From the human T2T-CHM13v2.0 reference genome, Homo sapiens: 64,000 nucleotides of DNA. Below, one piece after another: positions 16,123 through 32,790 of the stretch (within the stretch, counting starts at the first letter, position 1; each line of letters starts with the position of its first letter). The notes below the pieces were generated by a model. It worked only from the letters and a program-made list of their open reading frames with translations, made no database searches and had not been told where the DNA came from. The position numbers were made by a program, and so were the translations under genes. The DNA lies in assembly GCF_009914755.1 (NCBI RefSeq), contig NC_060939.1, one strand, 5' to 3'.

Positions 16123-16919
16123 TAGAATTCTTGATACTTCCATGTACATTTTAGGATCAGGTTGTTAATTTCTGCAAGAAAAATATGGAATTTTGATAGA
16201 AATTGTGTTGAATCATATATCAGTTAAAGCAAAATTATTAATATTGAGTCTTCTAATCCATAATCATGGAAAGTTTTTCTCCATTTATTTAGATCTTCTA
16301 TAATTTTTCTCAGTGTTTAGTGGTTTTTAGTTTAGAAATCTTATACATTCAAAATATTCTTTTAATTCTGACTATATTTGGAGTGGAATTTTTAAAAATA
16401 TAACCTATTATAGAACTACAATTGGGTTTTGTATATTGATCTTACATCCTGCAAACTTGATAAACTTACTGTTTTCTACTGTGTGTGTATGTGTGTGTAT
16501 ATTGTTCTGTATTTCTTAGTATTTTTCTATAGACAGGATTATGTTTTCTGTACCTAAAGATTTCTTTTCCAAAATGGATGCTTTTTATTTCTTCTTCTTG
16601 CCTTATTGTATTGGCAGGAACCTCCATCTTAAATAGAAATGGTGGGAGCAGGATGTTGGCTATAGATGTTTTTTGTAGATAACCTTTATTGGGTTGAGGA
16701 GGTTTTCTTTTCTTCCTAGTTTGTGAGGTTTTAATAAAGAATGGATATTAGGTTTTGTCAAATGCTTATTTTCTGTGTCTGTTGAGATGACCATGTGGTT
16801 TTGTCCTTTAACAATATAGTATATTACATTAATTGCTTTTTAGACATTAGGCCAACTTTTTTTTTCCTAGCATAAATCTGACTTGTTAACAGTGTTTGAT
16901 ACTTTCTATGCATTGCTAG

Positions 16920-17284
<365 letters not shown>

Positions 17285-17664
17285 GCATTTGTGTTTTTTA
17301 TTTTAATTAGGATTTTAGTCTATAGCTTTTTGTTTTGTTTTGATGTTTACGTTGCTTTGGTTTTGGGATCATAAAATGAATTGGAGAGCGTTTCCCTTCT
17401 GTTTTCTGAAGGAGTTTGTGTAAGTTTAGTGTTATTTCTTCTTTAAATATTTACTAGAATTCACCAGTGTAGCCATGTCAACCTTCACTTTGTGGGAAAA
17501 TTTTTAATGACTAACCTGGTTTCCAGTTACAGGTTCACTTAAGTTTTCTATTCTTCTTGACTTAGTTTTGTTAATTTGTGTCTTTCTAAGAGTTAGTCTG
17601 TTTCATCTAACTTGTCCTAATTTGTTGGCATAAAGTTATAGTACTCTCTTAGCCTTTTAATTTT

Positions 17665-17970
17665 AGTTTTCTTTTTTAAGAGACATGGTCTTTCTCTGTC
17701 ACCCACGCTGAGTGCAGTGGTACGATCATAGTTCACTGTAACCTCGAACTCCTGGGCTCAAGGGATCCTCCCACTTCTGTCTCTTGAGTAGCTGGGGCTG
17801 CAGATGTGCACCACAATGCCCAGCTAATTTTTAAAATTTATTTTTTGTTATTTGTAGAGATGGGTTCTTGCTGAGTTGTCCAGGTTGGTCTCGAACTTCT
17901 GGGCTCAAGTGATCCTCCCGCCTCTGTTTCCTAAAATGCTGAGATAATAGGCATGAACCACTGTGCCTGG
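17665..17970 (-). mobile_element. Alu (J)
   Basis: Diverged antisense dimer (ctcctgggctcaag). Confidence 0.9.
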
Positions 17971-18136
17971 TAGATTCTTTTAAGGATCAATAGTGATTAA
18001 AGTTAATTTTCTTGATTATGGTAATTTGTATCTTAGCTCTTTTTCTTGGTCAGTTCTAGCTAAGGGCTTAACAATTTTGATGCTCTCAAAGAAGCAACTT
18101 TTGACATCATTGGTTTCTTCCTCTGTTTTTTCTTCT

Positions 18137-18440
18137 CTTTTTTTTTTTTTTTTTTTTTTTGAGACTGAGTTTTGCATTTGTTGCCCAGGCTGGAGTGCAG
18201 GGTGCGATCTCGGCTCACTGCAACCTCCGCCTTCCAGTTTCAAGTGATTATCCTGCCTCAGCCTCTTGAGTAGCTGGGATTACAGGCACCTGCCACCACG
18301 CTTGGCTAATTTTTGTATTTTTAGTAGAGACGAGGTTTCACCAAGTTGGCCAGGCTGGTCTTGAACTCCTGACCTTGTGATTTGCCTGCCTTGGCCTGCC
18401 AAAGTGCTGGGATTGCAGGCGTGAGCCCCCGTGCCCGGAC
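18137..18440 (-). mobile_element. Alu (S)
   Basis: Antisense dimer; ctctgttttt TSD. Confidence 0.95.
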
Positions 18441-21400
18441 CCTCTGTTTTTCTGTTTATTTCCACTCTCAAAGGTTGCCGTCCTTTGCTTGCTTTTCATT
18501 TAATTTTCTCTTTTTCTCTTAAGATACAGTTTAGATTACTGATGTAAAACTTTTTTCTTTTCTAGTTGTTTAAAGGTATGTTTACTTCTATGCACTGCTT
18601 TAGCTGCATCCTGTAAATACTGATAATTTTGTGTTTTTGTTTTCATTTGATTTCATCTATTTTCTAAATTCTCTGTGATTTATTCTTTGAAGCATGGGTT
18701 TTTCAGAAGGATGGTGTTTAATATCCATATATTTAGGGATTTTCCAAATGTCTTATAATTCGGTTTTGTCTTAGAGAACATGCTTTAAATGAATTTATTA
18801 TGACTTATTAAATAGTCTTAGTATGCTTTCTTTCCTGGAGACTGTCCGATAAGTGCTTGTAAAGAATAATCTGTATTCTGCCTTTGTTTGAGTAGTGTTT
18901 TGTAAATGTCCGTTCAGTGTGGTGTTAATGGTGTTGTTCAAGACTTTTATATCTTTTCTAACTGCCAGTTTAGTTGTGCTTTGAATTATTGAGAATGAAA
19001 TATTTTAATTTTTAACTGTAGTTGAGTTTTTGTCTTCTAGTCATTTTTTGCTTCATTATTTTGGGGTTGTTCTGTTAGGTATGTATCCATTCATAACTTT
19101 TGTATGTTCCTGAGGTATTGACCTTTTTCTGGTCAATATCAGAATGTCCCATTTGACCTCTAATGATATTTATTGTTTTGTAAATCCATTTTGTGTGATT
19201 TTATTATAGCTCCTCAGCTCTCTTCTGATTCCTGTTTGCATGATATATTGTTTTCCATCATTCGAACTGGTTACCATTTGCATGGTATACTGTTTTCCAT
19301 CATTTTACTTTCAACTTACTTCTTTCTGTAAGTCTAAAATGTGTCTTATAGACAACCTGTACTTGGATGTACCTTTTTTATCCAGGCAAATAATCCTTGC
19401 CTTTTGATTGGAATATTTAGTTCATTTACATTTAACAGAATTAATAATATGGTTGGATTTATTTCTGCTATTTTACTATTTGTTTTCCATATGTCTTACA
19501 TCTTTTTTGTTCCACTTTCTCCTTTATTGCCCTCTTCTGTTTCAGCAAGTATTTTTCAGTGTGTCATTTTAATTCCTGTTAATTTTTTGCTATTAAAAAA
19601 ATTGTAATTGGTTGCTGTAGGGATTGTATGCATCAGTCTTCTTCAGGTTAGTACTGACTCAGTTCTGGTAAAATAGGGCAACTTTGCCCCGCTGTAGCTC
19701 CATTTTCACTTCCTTATGTTATAAATCCAAGAATACAAGGAAATAATTATTGCTTTCCACAGGTTTGTCTTTTAAGGACATATAGAAAAGAGAAAAAAAA
19801 TATATACTATCTTTCATATTTATCCATATATTTGATCATTTTCAGTGATCTTCATTTCTTCCTGTGTATTCAGGTCGCTGTTGGGTATTGCTTTCTTTTA
19901 GTCTGAAGGGCTTCCTTTATTTACATATTGCAAATAAGAATATGCTGGCTTAGATGATTAAAAGATGTCCCGTATGACACAGTCAATAAGTAGATAGACG
20001 AAGATCAATAGCAAATCTTCTGTGACCAAGGCCAGTGTCCTTTGAACTTCAAGTTCTAGGAGAAAAAAATACATCCTTCATAAAACCATTGAGACGAAGT
20101 AAGGTCACCCTACGTAGTAAGAGTTATGAGACACAGTGGGAACATCTGTGCTTGTTTTTATAGAAAAAGAATTGTGGTATGTAGTTTCTACCAGTGAATA
20201 CTTAGCCATGATTTGCTTTTGTGTACCTACCTGCTGAAGTGGATGGTAGGGATTTTGCTCCTAAGTGGTCATAATTAGCTTTTTCCTGCCATTAAGTAGC
20301 TGTGGCATTCCACTCAGCATGGGCTATGTTTGGAAAAATGTCATATATCCTTCTTTTGTAATTGGAGAGAGGAACTTTCAATTACTTTATCATTCAGGGA
20401 GTCTCTTCCAAAATTTTCCTTTGGCCAGTTGAATCAATTATGGAATGATAGGTTAGAGTTAGAGATGCAAGTTTTTTTCTGTGAAAGAGATCTTTTTTTC
20501 TTTGAAAATTTTGTGTTTAAAGCATTGTCATTTTCAAATAAAGTTTCAAAATTGTTGTTCACAAAGATATGTATATGAAAAGGAAACCAATTAGTTAAGG
20601 AGTTCAGATTTGCCCTTATTTCTGCCTGAGCTTGCTGGATGGGTAACTATAGTCTTGTGAAGTATTTTGCCTCATCCTCAGCAGAAGTTCCTGAGGTACC
20701 TTAGGACTCTACAGAGCTTTTGAAGAAAGGATCCACTGAAGAAAAACTATTGTAAAGGAGAGAATTAGGTTTAGTCAAATAGCTTTGGAACTTCCCCACT
20801 CAAATGTTACAGGCTATTGTTTCAAAATCCAAAAGTTAGTCCTCTTTTTAACCAACTGAAATTCTGTTTCCTTAGTATAGAGTCTAAGTGCCTTTCCTGC
20901 AGGGTGGCTCTGACAGGGAGTACACATGACTAACCATATTGGGAATACTTATCAATCAATAGCTTCATTTTGTACATACTGTTTGCAAAGCATGGAACTT
21001 GGTATTAAGGGTAGAAAAAGATATGACAAGATTGAAAAATTCGGCTTATAAAGACCATCATGTGCAAATATATACTTCAGACTTACCGCAGAAAACAAGT
21101 CAGTTTGATAGCATGTATTTCAGAGATTACATCTTTTAGTGTTGGGATGATTTTTTAAATTTTTACTTCTGTCGTCTAGGCCAATCTCTTAATTTTTTTT
21201 GCACTTTTCCTTTTACATATTTACTGTGTGACTTTTAGCATACCATTTTCACTGCTTTGGTTTAATTTCCGTTGTTGGTCCTTATTAAAGTAACCTATTT
21301 TTCTAAAATTCCGTGTTCTGCAAAGCTATAAAGATCAGAATTTTTTCTAGTTCTGTGAGAGACAAATATTAAATACAGAAGTTGATAGCAGGGATTTATC

Positions 21401-21536
21401 TAAAATATGAATCTTTAGATGTAACATGGTGTCTTTATACATCACCACTATGACCTTATACCTTTTCTATATCTAATATTATAAATTAATAATTGTTTTC
21501 AGGGCAGCAGACTTTTTCTAAAGAATCTGATAGTAT

Positions 21537-21825
21537 GCCGGGCGTGGTGGCTCACGCCTGTAATCCCAGCACTTTGGGAGGCTGAGGTGGGCAGATCACG
21601 AGGTCAGGAGATCGAGACCATCCTGGCTAACACGGTGAAACCCTGTCTCTACTAAAAATACAAAAAATTAGCCGGGTGTGATGGTGGGCGCCTGTAGTTC
21701 CAGCTGCTCAGGAGGCTGATGCAGGAGAATGGCGTCAACCCAGGAGCCCAGGAGGCAGAGCTTGCAGTGAGCCGAGATCGCACCACTGCACTCCAGCCTG
21801 GGCGACAGAGCCGAGACTCTTTCTC

Positions 21826-21857
<32 letters not shown>
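21537..21857 (+). mobile_element. AluY
   Basis: Full dimer with long A tail; TSD agaatctgat(a/g)gta. Confidence 0.95.
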
Positions 21858-21859
<2 letters not shown>

Positions 21860-22304
21860 AACTCAGAATCTGATGGTAAATATTTTTGGTTCATAGCCCA
21901 CACAGTCATTGTTAGCCACTCATCTCTGCTGTTTAGAGGAAAAGCAGCCATAGAGAATTCATAAACAAATAAATGATACTTATATCTCCTCAGTGTGTGT
22001 AGATCAAGAACTAGTGTCTCATATTAACTCCCTTAATATAATAAGAGTACAGTAGGCAGGTGAAAATATTTGTTGCTTAAAACATAGAGGAAGTAAATCT
22101 TGGAAATAAACTTTACATTTAATTTTTTAGATTAGTAAAGTTTTAATTTATTATAACATGTGTTAGGTAAATTAGCTTATTGAAATTGTCTCTCAGGTAT
22201 TCAGAAAATAGCCTGATACAGTGATATTTCTACTTCTACTGATTTCCGGTCACTTCACACATTTAGTGTGTGAGGTATCATCTCCAGCATTGAGATAGTT
22301 CAGT

Positions 22305-22626
<322 letters not shown>

Positions 22627-22865
22627 GAGATAGTTCAATTTTCATTGTGCATTTGAATTATTAGTTTTAATTCCTCACCTATTTTATGTTCTTGGAGTAT
22701 TTGCTTAATAGCATAGCAGTGTGAGAAAATACAGTTTACCTTAGGTTTATCAGGCTGTAGGCTTTAATGACGACTTTAGATGTCTACCCCAAAAGATCAT
22801 ATAATCTGCTTCCCTGTAGATTGTTTCAGGCCATACCGGGTGTTACTAAGGCTGATGTTGATTCA

Positions 22866-23197
<332 letters not shown>

Positions 23198-23560
23198 TTA
23201 TGAGTTCAGAAATGACGGTGACTTTCTTGAGGCTGTTGTATCCATTGGCAGTACTGGCACCAGCTATATCTGACGTTCCATCTTACCAGAGGGCATGTGC
23301 TTTGAGTAGTTACTGAGTAGTTCTAGATGATGTTGGTTACATGATAGACTGAAGTATTTTATTAACTCTGAATTCAGTCTGAGAATTGGAAACGTGCTAT
23401 TATCCAGTGTAGACTGATGGAGTTGATTTCATTTTACTTTTCCCCTTTTTGTTTTCCCTTCTATTTAAGAGCTCTAGTGATTGATAATGTCTTTCCTTAT
23501 GGGAAAGATTCATTTTTTTACAGTTTTTTTTCCTATTCTTCTTTTCCTCAATGTGGCTAA

Positions 23561-23776
<216 letters not shown>

Positions 23777-23855
23777 TAAGTTCTTGTTTGGGTTAGGCCT
23801 GAAGGGGTTGAGATCAGTACCATGAAACTATTAGATAGGAGATATATATATATAC

Positions 23856-24052
23856 TTTTGTTTTTTTTTTTTTTGGAGACAGAGTCTCGCGATTCTGCTG
23901 CCTCAGCCTACCGAGTAGCTGGGATTACAGGGATGCGCCACCACGCCCAGCTAATTTTTTTTGTATTTTTAGTAGAGATGGGATTTTTCCATGTTGGTCA
24001 GGCTGGTCTTGAACTCCCGACCTCAGGTGATCCGCCCACCTCGGCCTCCCAA
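23856..24052 (-). mobile_element. Alu, internally deleted and 5'-truncated
   Basis: gagtctcgc joined directly to gattctgctgcctcagcc. Confidence 0.9.
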
Positions 24053-24196
24053 CGTTTTGTTGTTATTAAGCAAAATTTCAATACTGTTGTTATGTCTAAA
24101 AAATTTTAATAATTCCTTAACAGTTTCGTAATATCTAGTGTTTACATTTTCCTGGTTGTCATATACATGTATGTATATCTCCGTTTGTGCATGTGC

Positions 24197-24347
24197 CATT
24201 TTGCTTGTTTTGGGATCGATGTAAGCTCCGTGCATTTTGCTTGTTTTGGGATCGATGTAAGCTCCGTGCATTTTGCTTATTTTGGGATCAACGTAAGCTC
24301 CATGCATTTTGCTTGTTTGGGGATCGATATAAGCTCCATGCATTTTG
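24197..24347. repeat. 36-bp minisatellite, ~4.2 copies
   Basis: Unit CATTTTGCTTGTTTTGGGATCGATGTAAGCTCCGTG starting at 24197, 24233, 24269, 24305; partial copy at 24341. Confidence 0.95.
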
Positions 24348-24452
24348 ATTGGTTGGTATGTCTCTTAAGTATATTTTAATCAATTTATTTTTCTTTGCCT
24401 TATAAATTTTTTGAGTCAGGAAACTGAATTTATGTTTTGTAGACTTTTCTCA

Positions 24453-24812
<360 letters not shown>

Positions 24813-25299
24813 TCATTAGAGAGTACAAAAGGGTGATATTCAAATTTTATCACTCACTTGTTTATTAGGTGGAATACTTTTATAAAAAGAAACTTTCCCA
24901 TGTCAGCTGAGGAACAGTTCATGTAGGAAAGGCAGAATAAGATTCTTTTTTACTTTTGCCATTTTCAAAGGAAAAGATCTACTTTTCTTCAAAGGTTTTG
25001 ACCAATGAGATTTACTTTGATATGATTATGAACTCATCAATTACACCTATTTATGTTTAATTCTGTTGGAGTTAATATCCATATTCATGCTCTAACAGTC
25101 CCATTTTTAGCTAGTGGGAACTCATTCAAGTTGGTTGTTGTAGTCCTTTTGACATAACCGTAATAGTAGTTGATAGTTTCTTTGCTATCTGGAATGATTA
25201 AGTGTTCCACATCCATCTTGTACATTTCCTGCCCCAGAACTAGAGTCAGCCATTTATCCAAGAAGTTCTGCATACTCCTTTACTAGGAAATGATATTTG

Positions 25300-25811
25300 T
25301 TTGTTTCTGTTTTTCCTCTGAAAATAGTTTAATACTGTAAAATGTAAAAGGGGAAATAGTGTTACCTTAGTAACAACATGAATGTGTCAGTTGGTCAGTG
25401 CTATTTTGGGTGTTGATTGATCATATGATTTTTCTGGCAACTCTAGATACTTCCAGTTTACTTAAGTTGATTTAGTTGAGTTTTTATCACTTGCAATTTA
25501 AGAGTCCTGGCTAATATTCTGTTGCCTTCAGGCTGCACAACATGCAGGATTGGGGAAAGCACTAGAGAGCCAAAGAAAGTGAGCAGAGTTACTTCAGGGC
25601 CACCAGCGTTCCCCGCAATCCCTGTCCTCAGGCATAGGCCCTTCTGCTCTTCCCACTGTAGAGCAGCACCCATCCCCACCAAACCTCACTTCTGGGTGTG
25701 ACTTCATAGGCTGTCGTGTTCTGCAGTACCCTCGAGTCCGAGGCTGTTGAGTCTGAAGGATCCTCAGAAGACTGGCCTCTTTCTGATGGTTTATGGACTA
25801 TGGCAAAGATG
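25300..25811 (-). pseudogene. Retroposed 3' fragment of an unidentified transcript
   Basis: 15-bp TSD AGGAAATG(A/G)TATTTG at 25285-25299 and 25812-25826; minus-strand ATTAAA at 25328-25333 followed by a decayed A tail. Confidence 0.7.
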
Positions 25812-26068
25812 AGGAAATGGTATTTGGAGACCACATACTGGGCCCTAGGGGTGCTCTTTGCAACTGCAACAAACATGGACAGAATTGGGAAATTTGTTTT
25901 TAATGGTAAAAATACATGATGAACAGTACCACAGAGATTTTATTTGATCTTACTGATCTTATGCCATACTAAAAATCTCACTTCCCAACCACACCAAGCT
26001 AATTCATTCTATACATACAACAAAGCTAATACTACCACCAACAATAAGAATAGTAAAAACAGGTTAAG

Positions 26069-26155
26069 ATTTTCTTTTTTTTTTTTTTTTTGAGACGGAG
26101 TCTCACTCTGTTACCCAGGCTGGAGTGTAGTGGCACGATCTCAGCTTACTGCAAC
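26069..26155 (-). mobile_element. Alu 3' fragment
   Basis: Poly(T) plus ~65 bp of right arm. Confidence 0.88.
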
Positions 26156-26461
26156 AGGATTTTCTTTTTACAGGTTTTGTTTTTACTTTTTTTTTTGCTT
26201 TTTAAGGTTATATACCACAAGAAGTGGAAAAGAGTTTTAAAGTACTCAAGATAGTTTTTCTTCTGTGTCTTTAGGCAACTAATGGTTACATAGATTTATT
26301 TATTTCATTTTAGTTTTGATTTTTAGGGATTGCTTTAATTTTGTTTTTAAATTATAGTATTTGTAGATTTCCAAAGGCAAAGCTACAAAGCCTGGTATGT
26401 TCAAAGAAATGTAGCTTCAGTCCCTCTTCCCTCCATTCTAGTCCATCTTTCCCCATAGGTA

Positions 26462-26764
<303 letters not shown>

Positions 26765-27427
26765 ATAATTATTATTATTTTTTAACATTTTAATGCTTAT
26801 CCTTCCTTTAACTTTTAATTATTAAATAAAAGCAAATGCATTTTAACTTTGAATATCCTCCTTTCTCTTAGGTAAGTGGTAGCATACCGTATACACTTTT
26901 CTCTGCCTTCCTTTTTTCCTTAATGATACATGGCTGAAGAGCACCCCATAGTAGCTTATAGAGATAGGCCTTTATGATGCATAGTGTTCCATTGAGGTTA
27001 TATAGTATGGTTTATTCAACCAGTTTCCTTGTGGTAGGCACTTAGATTGTTTTACCTACTTTTATAAATAGTTCTGGAGTGAAGACCTTGAGATAGATTC
27101 CTAAAGTGTGATTTCTAAGAGAAGCATGAAGAAATTGCGCCACTCAGGAAAAAATGTACTTTTACTATTTTGGAGTTTGTGGTTAAGGAATATACATGGG
27201 TATACATGAATATATCTGTATTTCTCCTCCAAATTTGGGTAGAAAACATACTGATAAGTTATTTTGTCAGATAAAATACTCTTTTACAATGTTAAAATGG
27301 GTATGTAGCCTCTATTTTATGGTATATTTACATTTATTTAACCTCATAATGTTAGCTTATTTCCAATTTTTATATTTCAGTGAAGAGTGTTTCAGTGACA
27401 GTCATTTTCCATTCACACATGCACACA

Positions 27428-27645
27428 CAGGTTGAGTCTCTTATCAAAAATGCTTGGGGACCAGAAGTATTTCAGATTTTGGGATATTTGCTTTATACTT
27501 ACTAGTTAAGCATTCCAAATCTGGAAATCAGAACTGTAAAATGCTCTAATGAGAATTTCCTTTGAGCGTCATACTGGCACTCAGAAAGTTTTGAGTGCCA
27601 TTTTGGAACATTTTAGATTTTCACATTTAGGATTCTCAGCCTTTG
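27428..27645. mobile_element. Tigger4/MER46-type DNA transposon
   Basis: caggttgagt...aaatgcttggggaccagaagt start; ggattctcagcct end. Confidence 0.7.
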
Positions 27646-27768
27646 TGTACACACACACACTTAAATATGTATAAAGTACATGTGTGTAAATATGTAAAAT
27701 GTATGTATGTATGTGTGTGTGTGTATATATGTAAAGCATATGTGTGTGTTGTGTATATGTAGAGAGAG
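27645..27768. repeat. Mixed (CA)n/(TG)n/(TATG)n simple repeat
   Basis: Directly visible. Confidence 0.85.
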
Positions 27769-27919
27769 TTGTTTTCTTCTAGTATTCCTGTGTTCAGTGA
27801 GGTTGAAATATCCAGCAGAATCTTTAACATTCCTAATTCTGACTGGAGATGTGAAAGATGTATGATTAGATGGCAGGAGATACAAAAGAAAATATTCTTT
27901 GCTTCTTAAACTTTTTTAG

Positions 27920-28204
<285 letters not shown>

Positions 28205-28499
28205 TAATTACTTTCTCAAAAAAAACGCTTAGTTTCTCTAGGTGCTTTTCATCAGAATGCTCTATTTCCTTGTTGGTGACCTATCAAGGATCATCAAAGG
28301 AAGCTTTAAAAATGGGAGAGAAAAGGTAACTAAGAATGATTTGGAAAGTAAAGTATAGTATCAACAGATACTGGGAAAAAGAACATTTCGGGAATTGCTG
28401 GTCAAGCAGGTTGCTAAGGGCTTCAGAAAGCTTTAAGATGATTTTTAAAATATGGATTTGTAGAGATTAGAGAAGATTAAAATTTGTGTTTCAACATAA

Positions 28500-28685
<186 letters not shown>

Positions 28686-28831
28686 TGATTTCAGTAATTG
28701 CTGTGGGGGGAATCAATCTCTCTCTCCGCCTCCCCTCCCCAACCTTCCTACACTGGGTTGTATGCTTTGCTTGTTAAAGTAGGAAGTAAGAGTTTTCTTG
28801 TTTCAAAGAAGTTAAGGTTAAGATTCCAGGG

Positions 28832-29175
<344 letters not shown>

Positions 29176-31140
29176 CTACCATATGAAAGTGGTCATGAGG
29201 AGACGATTCTTTTTTTGAAGGTGGGTGGGGAGGATTAGAGAAAGTCAAACGGGGCAAGATAAAAAAAGGATGTCAGATGGCATCTTATTGCATGTGTATG
29301 GTGAAAGTAGAGAGGAAGTAAGTGTGAGCTCAATTCCAGGAGCCCAAATCCTAGAAGGAGAGGGCAGTATCAGACATTCCCCCCAAAAGTTGACCCTGGC
29401 TGTGAGGCTGGGAACATAGCAGAACACTGCTACTTAAAACCTTGCTACTCCCTGAAGTAAGTGATGATGGCTTCCCCTATTTTCTGTGGAGTTCCTTAAC
29501 TGGAGTTACTGTCTTCACACAGTTATCTCCTATGGGGAAAATTTCTTCCGCATAGTAACATTTTTCTAGGTGTATATAATCTAGTAGAAACTTATTCTCT
29601 GATCTATTTATAGACACATAGACATATACGCAATTTACCTTGTCTCTTGGCATGTTTATAGTGCTTTGATTTTTAAGATTTATTACATTTTTTTTAAAAC
29701 TTTGAATGGATGAACTCTTCTACCAACTCACATAATTATGTTGGGATTGAAGAAACTTGGACCAATGATTATCTCCTAAGAAGGCCCACCTTTGAGACTA
29801 TCAGATTGATTATCTTTCAAAATACCCTGAAAGGCATTGTTATATCCATAATATCTTATATGGTCTTTCAGTTGCTGTCTTAGAATATAGCTTAAGGCTG
29901 TGCTTGTTATCAAGAAACAGCCTATTGCAAAAAGTCACTTCTCTGTCAGTGAATCGAATCCCTATGAGCTTTCATTCCTAGGAAATCCCGTGATACCAAG
30001 TAAATCAAGAATGCATCGTTTTTCTCTCTAGGGAATAGATAAGCTTGGTCAGTGACTTTTAGATAATTAATGCCCTCTACTAATGGGAATATTAAAAGGC
30101 GGCATTAGGTTTTCTGATTTCAAGTAAAGGCTCTGAACCTCCCATTGAATACGTCTTCGGTTTAAGGCTCTGAGTAGAGTAGTCAGTGAGAAAGAAGTAA
30201 GGGACTCCTCACCTGTCAGTTGACTTGAGTTAGGTCTGGTGGGCAGAGTTCTGGGTATGTAGGCCCTTCCACAGAGTCTGCTGCCAGCCAAGTCACCTTT
30301 CAGGTTAGTTTTGCCTTCTGTAAAATGAAGTATTTTGTTCATCTCAAGTGGTGATTGTGAGGGGATGAAATGCAAAAATGATTTTAAAGAGTAAGAAATG
30401 CTTTATAAAATGTACAGCATGCAGGTGATAATTCTTTAGTATTTTATGTGTCAATGGTTTCTCTATGGTGACATTGTATTGCATGTAGAACTGACATATG
30501 TTCTAATAAAGGAATTGTGTATGCTAATAAATGCCAGGGGCTTTCTTGAATTCTCATGTAGTTTAGCTGCTTGAACACTTTACTATGATTTCAGAGTGTA
30601 ATTTTTGGCAAAGCTGGGATATATGATCAATTTTAACATTTTCAATGATTCAGCAAAATGTTTTTCAAACAAAATTATTATATAAATAAATTTTTGGTTT
30701 GTGTGACACTTTAAGTGATAGTTTTAGCCACATTAGCTAAGAAGCATCATTTTTCTGCAGGAGCTTATTATTGGGTGACCCGTGGTCCTATTTCCTAATC
30801 TCTGCAGTACCTACAGAAACAGAAGTAAACCCAGCCTCCAAGCACAGGTTGGGTTTTCGTCTTTCTCCTTTTAGGTCCTGGCAGCCATTCTGATCCTTGG
30901 CTAAACCTGGACAGCCCTTTGAATCAGAAGCTTGTAACCTTGAGTCTGTAACTGGAGAGCTCAGGTCGAGTAGGGTAGGGTGTGCTTCTTAAGCACAGCT
31001 TCTTCATAGCGCTTTGCCAGTGCTTTGCAGTTATTTTTACTCAGTGGGTGTTCAGGTGATAAAGGTTCCAAGTCTGCTGTTCTATTCTGAGTGTAGCTGA
31101 TCTTCCTATCTTACAGTTTTCTTGTGGTTTATTTTTACAG

Positions 31141-31212
31141 CGTCTGGATGGTTCCATCAAGGGAGAAATCCGAAAACAGGCACTGGACCACTTCAATGCA
31201 GATGGGTCTGAG
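31141..31212 (+). CDS. CHD2: CHD2 exon 20: [24 protein letters not shown]
   Basis: tacag|CGT...GAG|gtatac; 72 nt. Confidence 0.97.
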
Positions 31213-32790
31213 GTATACTATGCATGGCTTTGTTATTTGAGCAACTTGGGCTCTGCATCAAGGGGAAAGTCTCTCTCGCTTAATGTATTCTGTTTCAGAA
31301 ACAATTTATAGTGCAATTCTTTTGCCTTGAGAAGAAAATGAGAAATCTCTCATATAAAAGATGGTGTTTTGTTGTCACTCCAGAAAAATAAATATGTGCT
31401 TATTTATCTCCCCTGTTCTGGGTTGACAACAGAGTGGTTCTCCTGGTAGCTTCCAGATACCAAATCCTTGGGCGTGGAAGAGCAGTAAGGCAGGAGTAGG
31501 GGAGAGTTGGGCAATAGAATTAATATAAGAAGGTTCTGATCTCTGTACTCTTTTGGTGACTAAGTCCTGAAAAATATATTTGCCATGTCTCAAATTTGTT
31601 GGACTTCTGATACAGTGTGGCTTAATGTTCTTGCTCTCGCTAACAGCAACATTTTACAATCAGTGTCGAGCTTGGATTTGGCATTATGAAGTATTTTGTT
31701 TGGGGGGCACATATAGAAGAGCTACTTAGGATGAAATAGAAGGTATGACAACATTGTAGTTTGTGCATATCAAATCATCAGATGCCATGGGATTTGAGAG
31801 AAGTGGGAGAGAAAAGTTTTGGTGTGAATAAAACTGTAATAATGTGTAGAGCTAAAGGAAGCAGTGGAGACAACCTGAAGTAGAAGTGTTTCACAGAGAA
31901 TGCTAATTTCTGGAGCCTGAGCCACTACTTTTTTTTTTTTTTAAACAGATAGAACAGACTTAGCTTTCTGAAGAGCTTTAAAAACTCTTGATGCCTGTGC
32001 CTGTTACTACAGAATGCTCTGCTGTCTGCCTTTAGAGTGTAGAAATCCTAGTTAGACTAGTATTCTGGCTACTTCTGTAGTCTAAACATTTACTTCTTGA
32101 GGGGCTTGGGGCATTAATCTATTCAGAGCCAAGGCTCTCGTTCATTAAGGATAAGAGGAATGGAATAATTAAAGACATCGGTCATCAACTAATTCCCATT
32201 CCTCCTTTCCTTGCTCCTTGTTTCCTCAGCTGTAAAATCACAATGATTCTGATACCCCACTTCATAATATTGCTCTGAGGATTAAATTTGGTAATCAACA
32301 TAAAGCACTGATCACATTGCCCAGTGCATAGTAAGCGCTCTAAATATCTGCTATTTTTATCATGTAGTGTTGGTTGAAATTGGTTTTGTGTTCTCCACTC
32401 TTAGTTTAAAAAATAGTATGAGTCGAATGTTTCATATTGCCCTGTCTCAGGGGAAAAAAAAAATTGCTTTTTGCATAGCTCTCAGTTGATTCCCACTCAC
32501 TATGATGGCTATATAGAACACAAGTTCTCTACCATTTCTGCAGTATTTTAAAAATTCCTTTAAAAAACTAAATATTTATTGTGGGACAAAATATTATATG
32601 CTTACTTAGAATATTGGGAAGATGGTAAAGAATACAAAGAAAAAAACAATTGTACCCCTCATTCTAGACACAACTTGCTGTTCACGTCTTTGGGGTGTAT
32701 TTCCATTCCTACTAGATGGAACCATTTATATGTTTACCTAATTCGGATCATGTTGCATACAGTTTTGTTCCCTTCAAAATTATACTTTGA

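Noticed and set aside
24023-24379. Repeat-protein ORFs on both strands, or a CRISPR-like array
   Set aside because: A head-to-tail 36-bp minisatellite with no unique spacers; the ORFs exist because the unit length is a multiple of 3.
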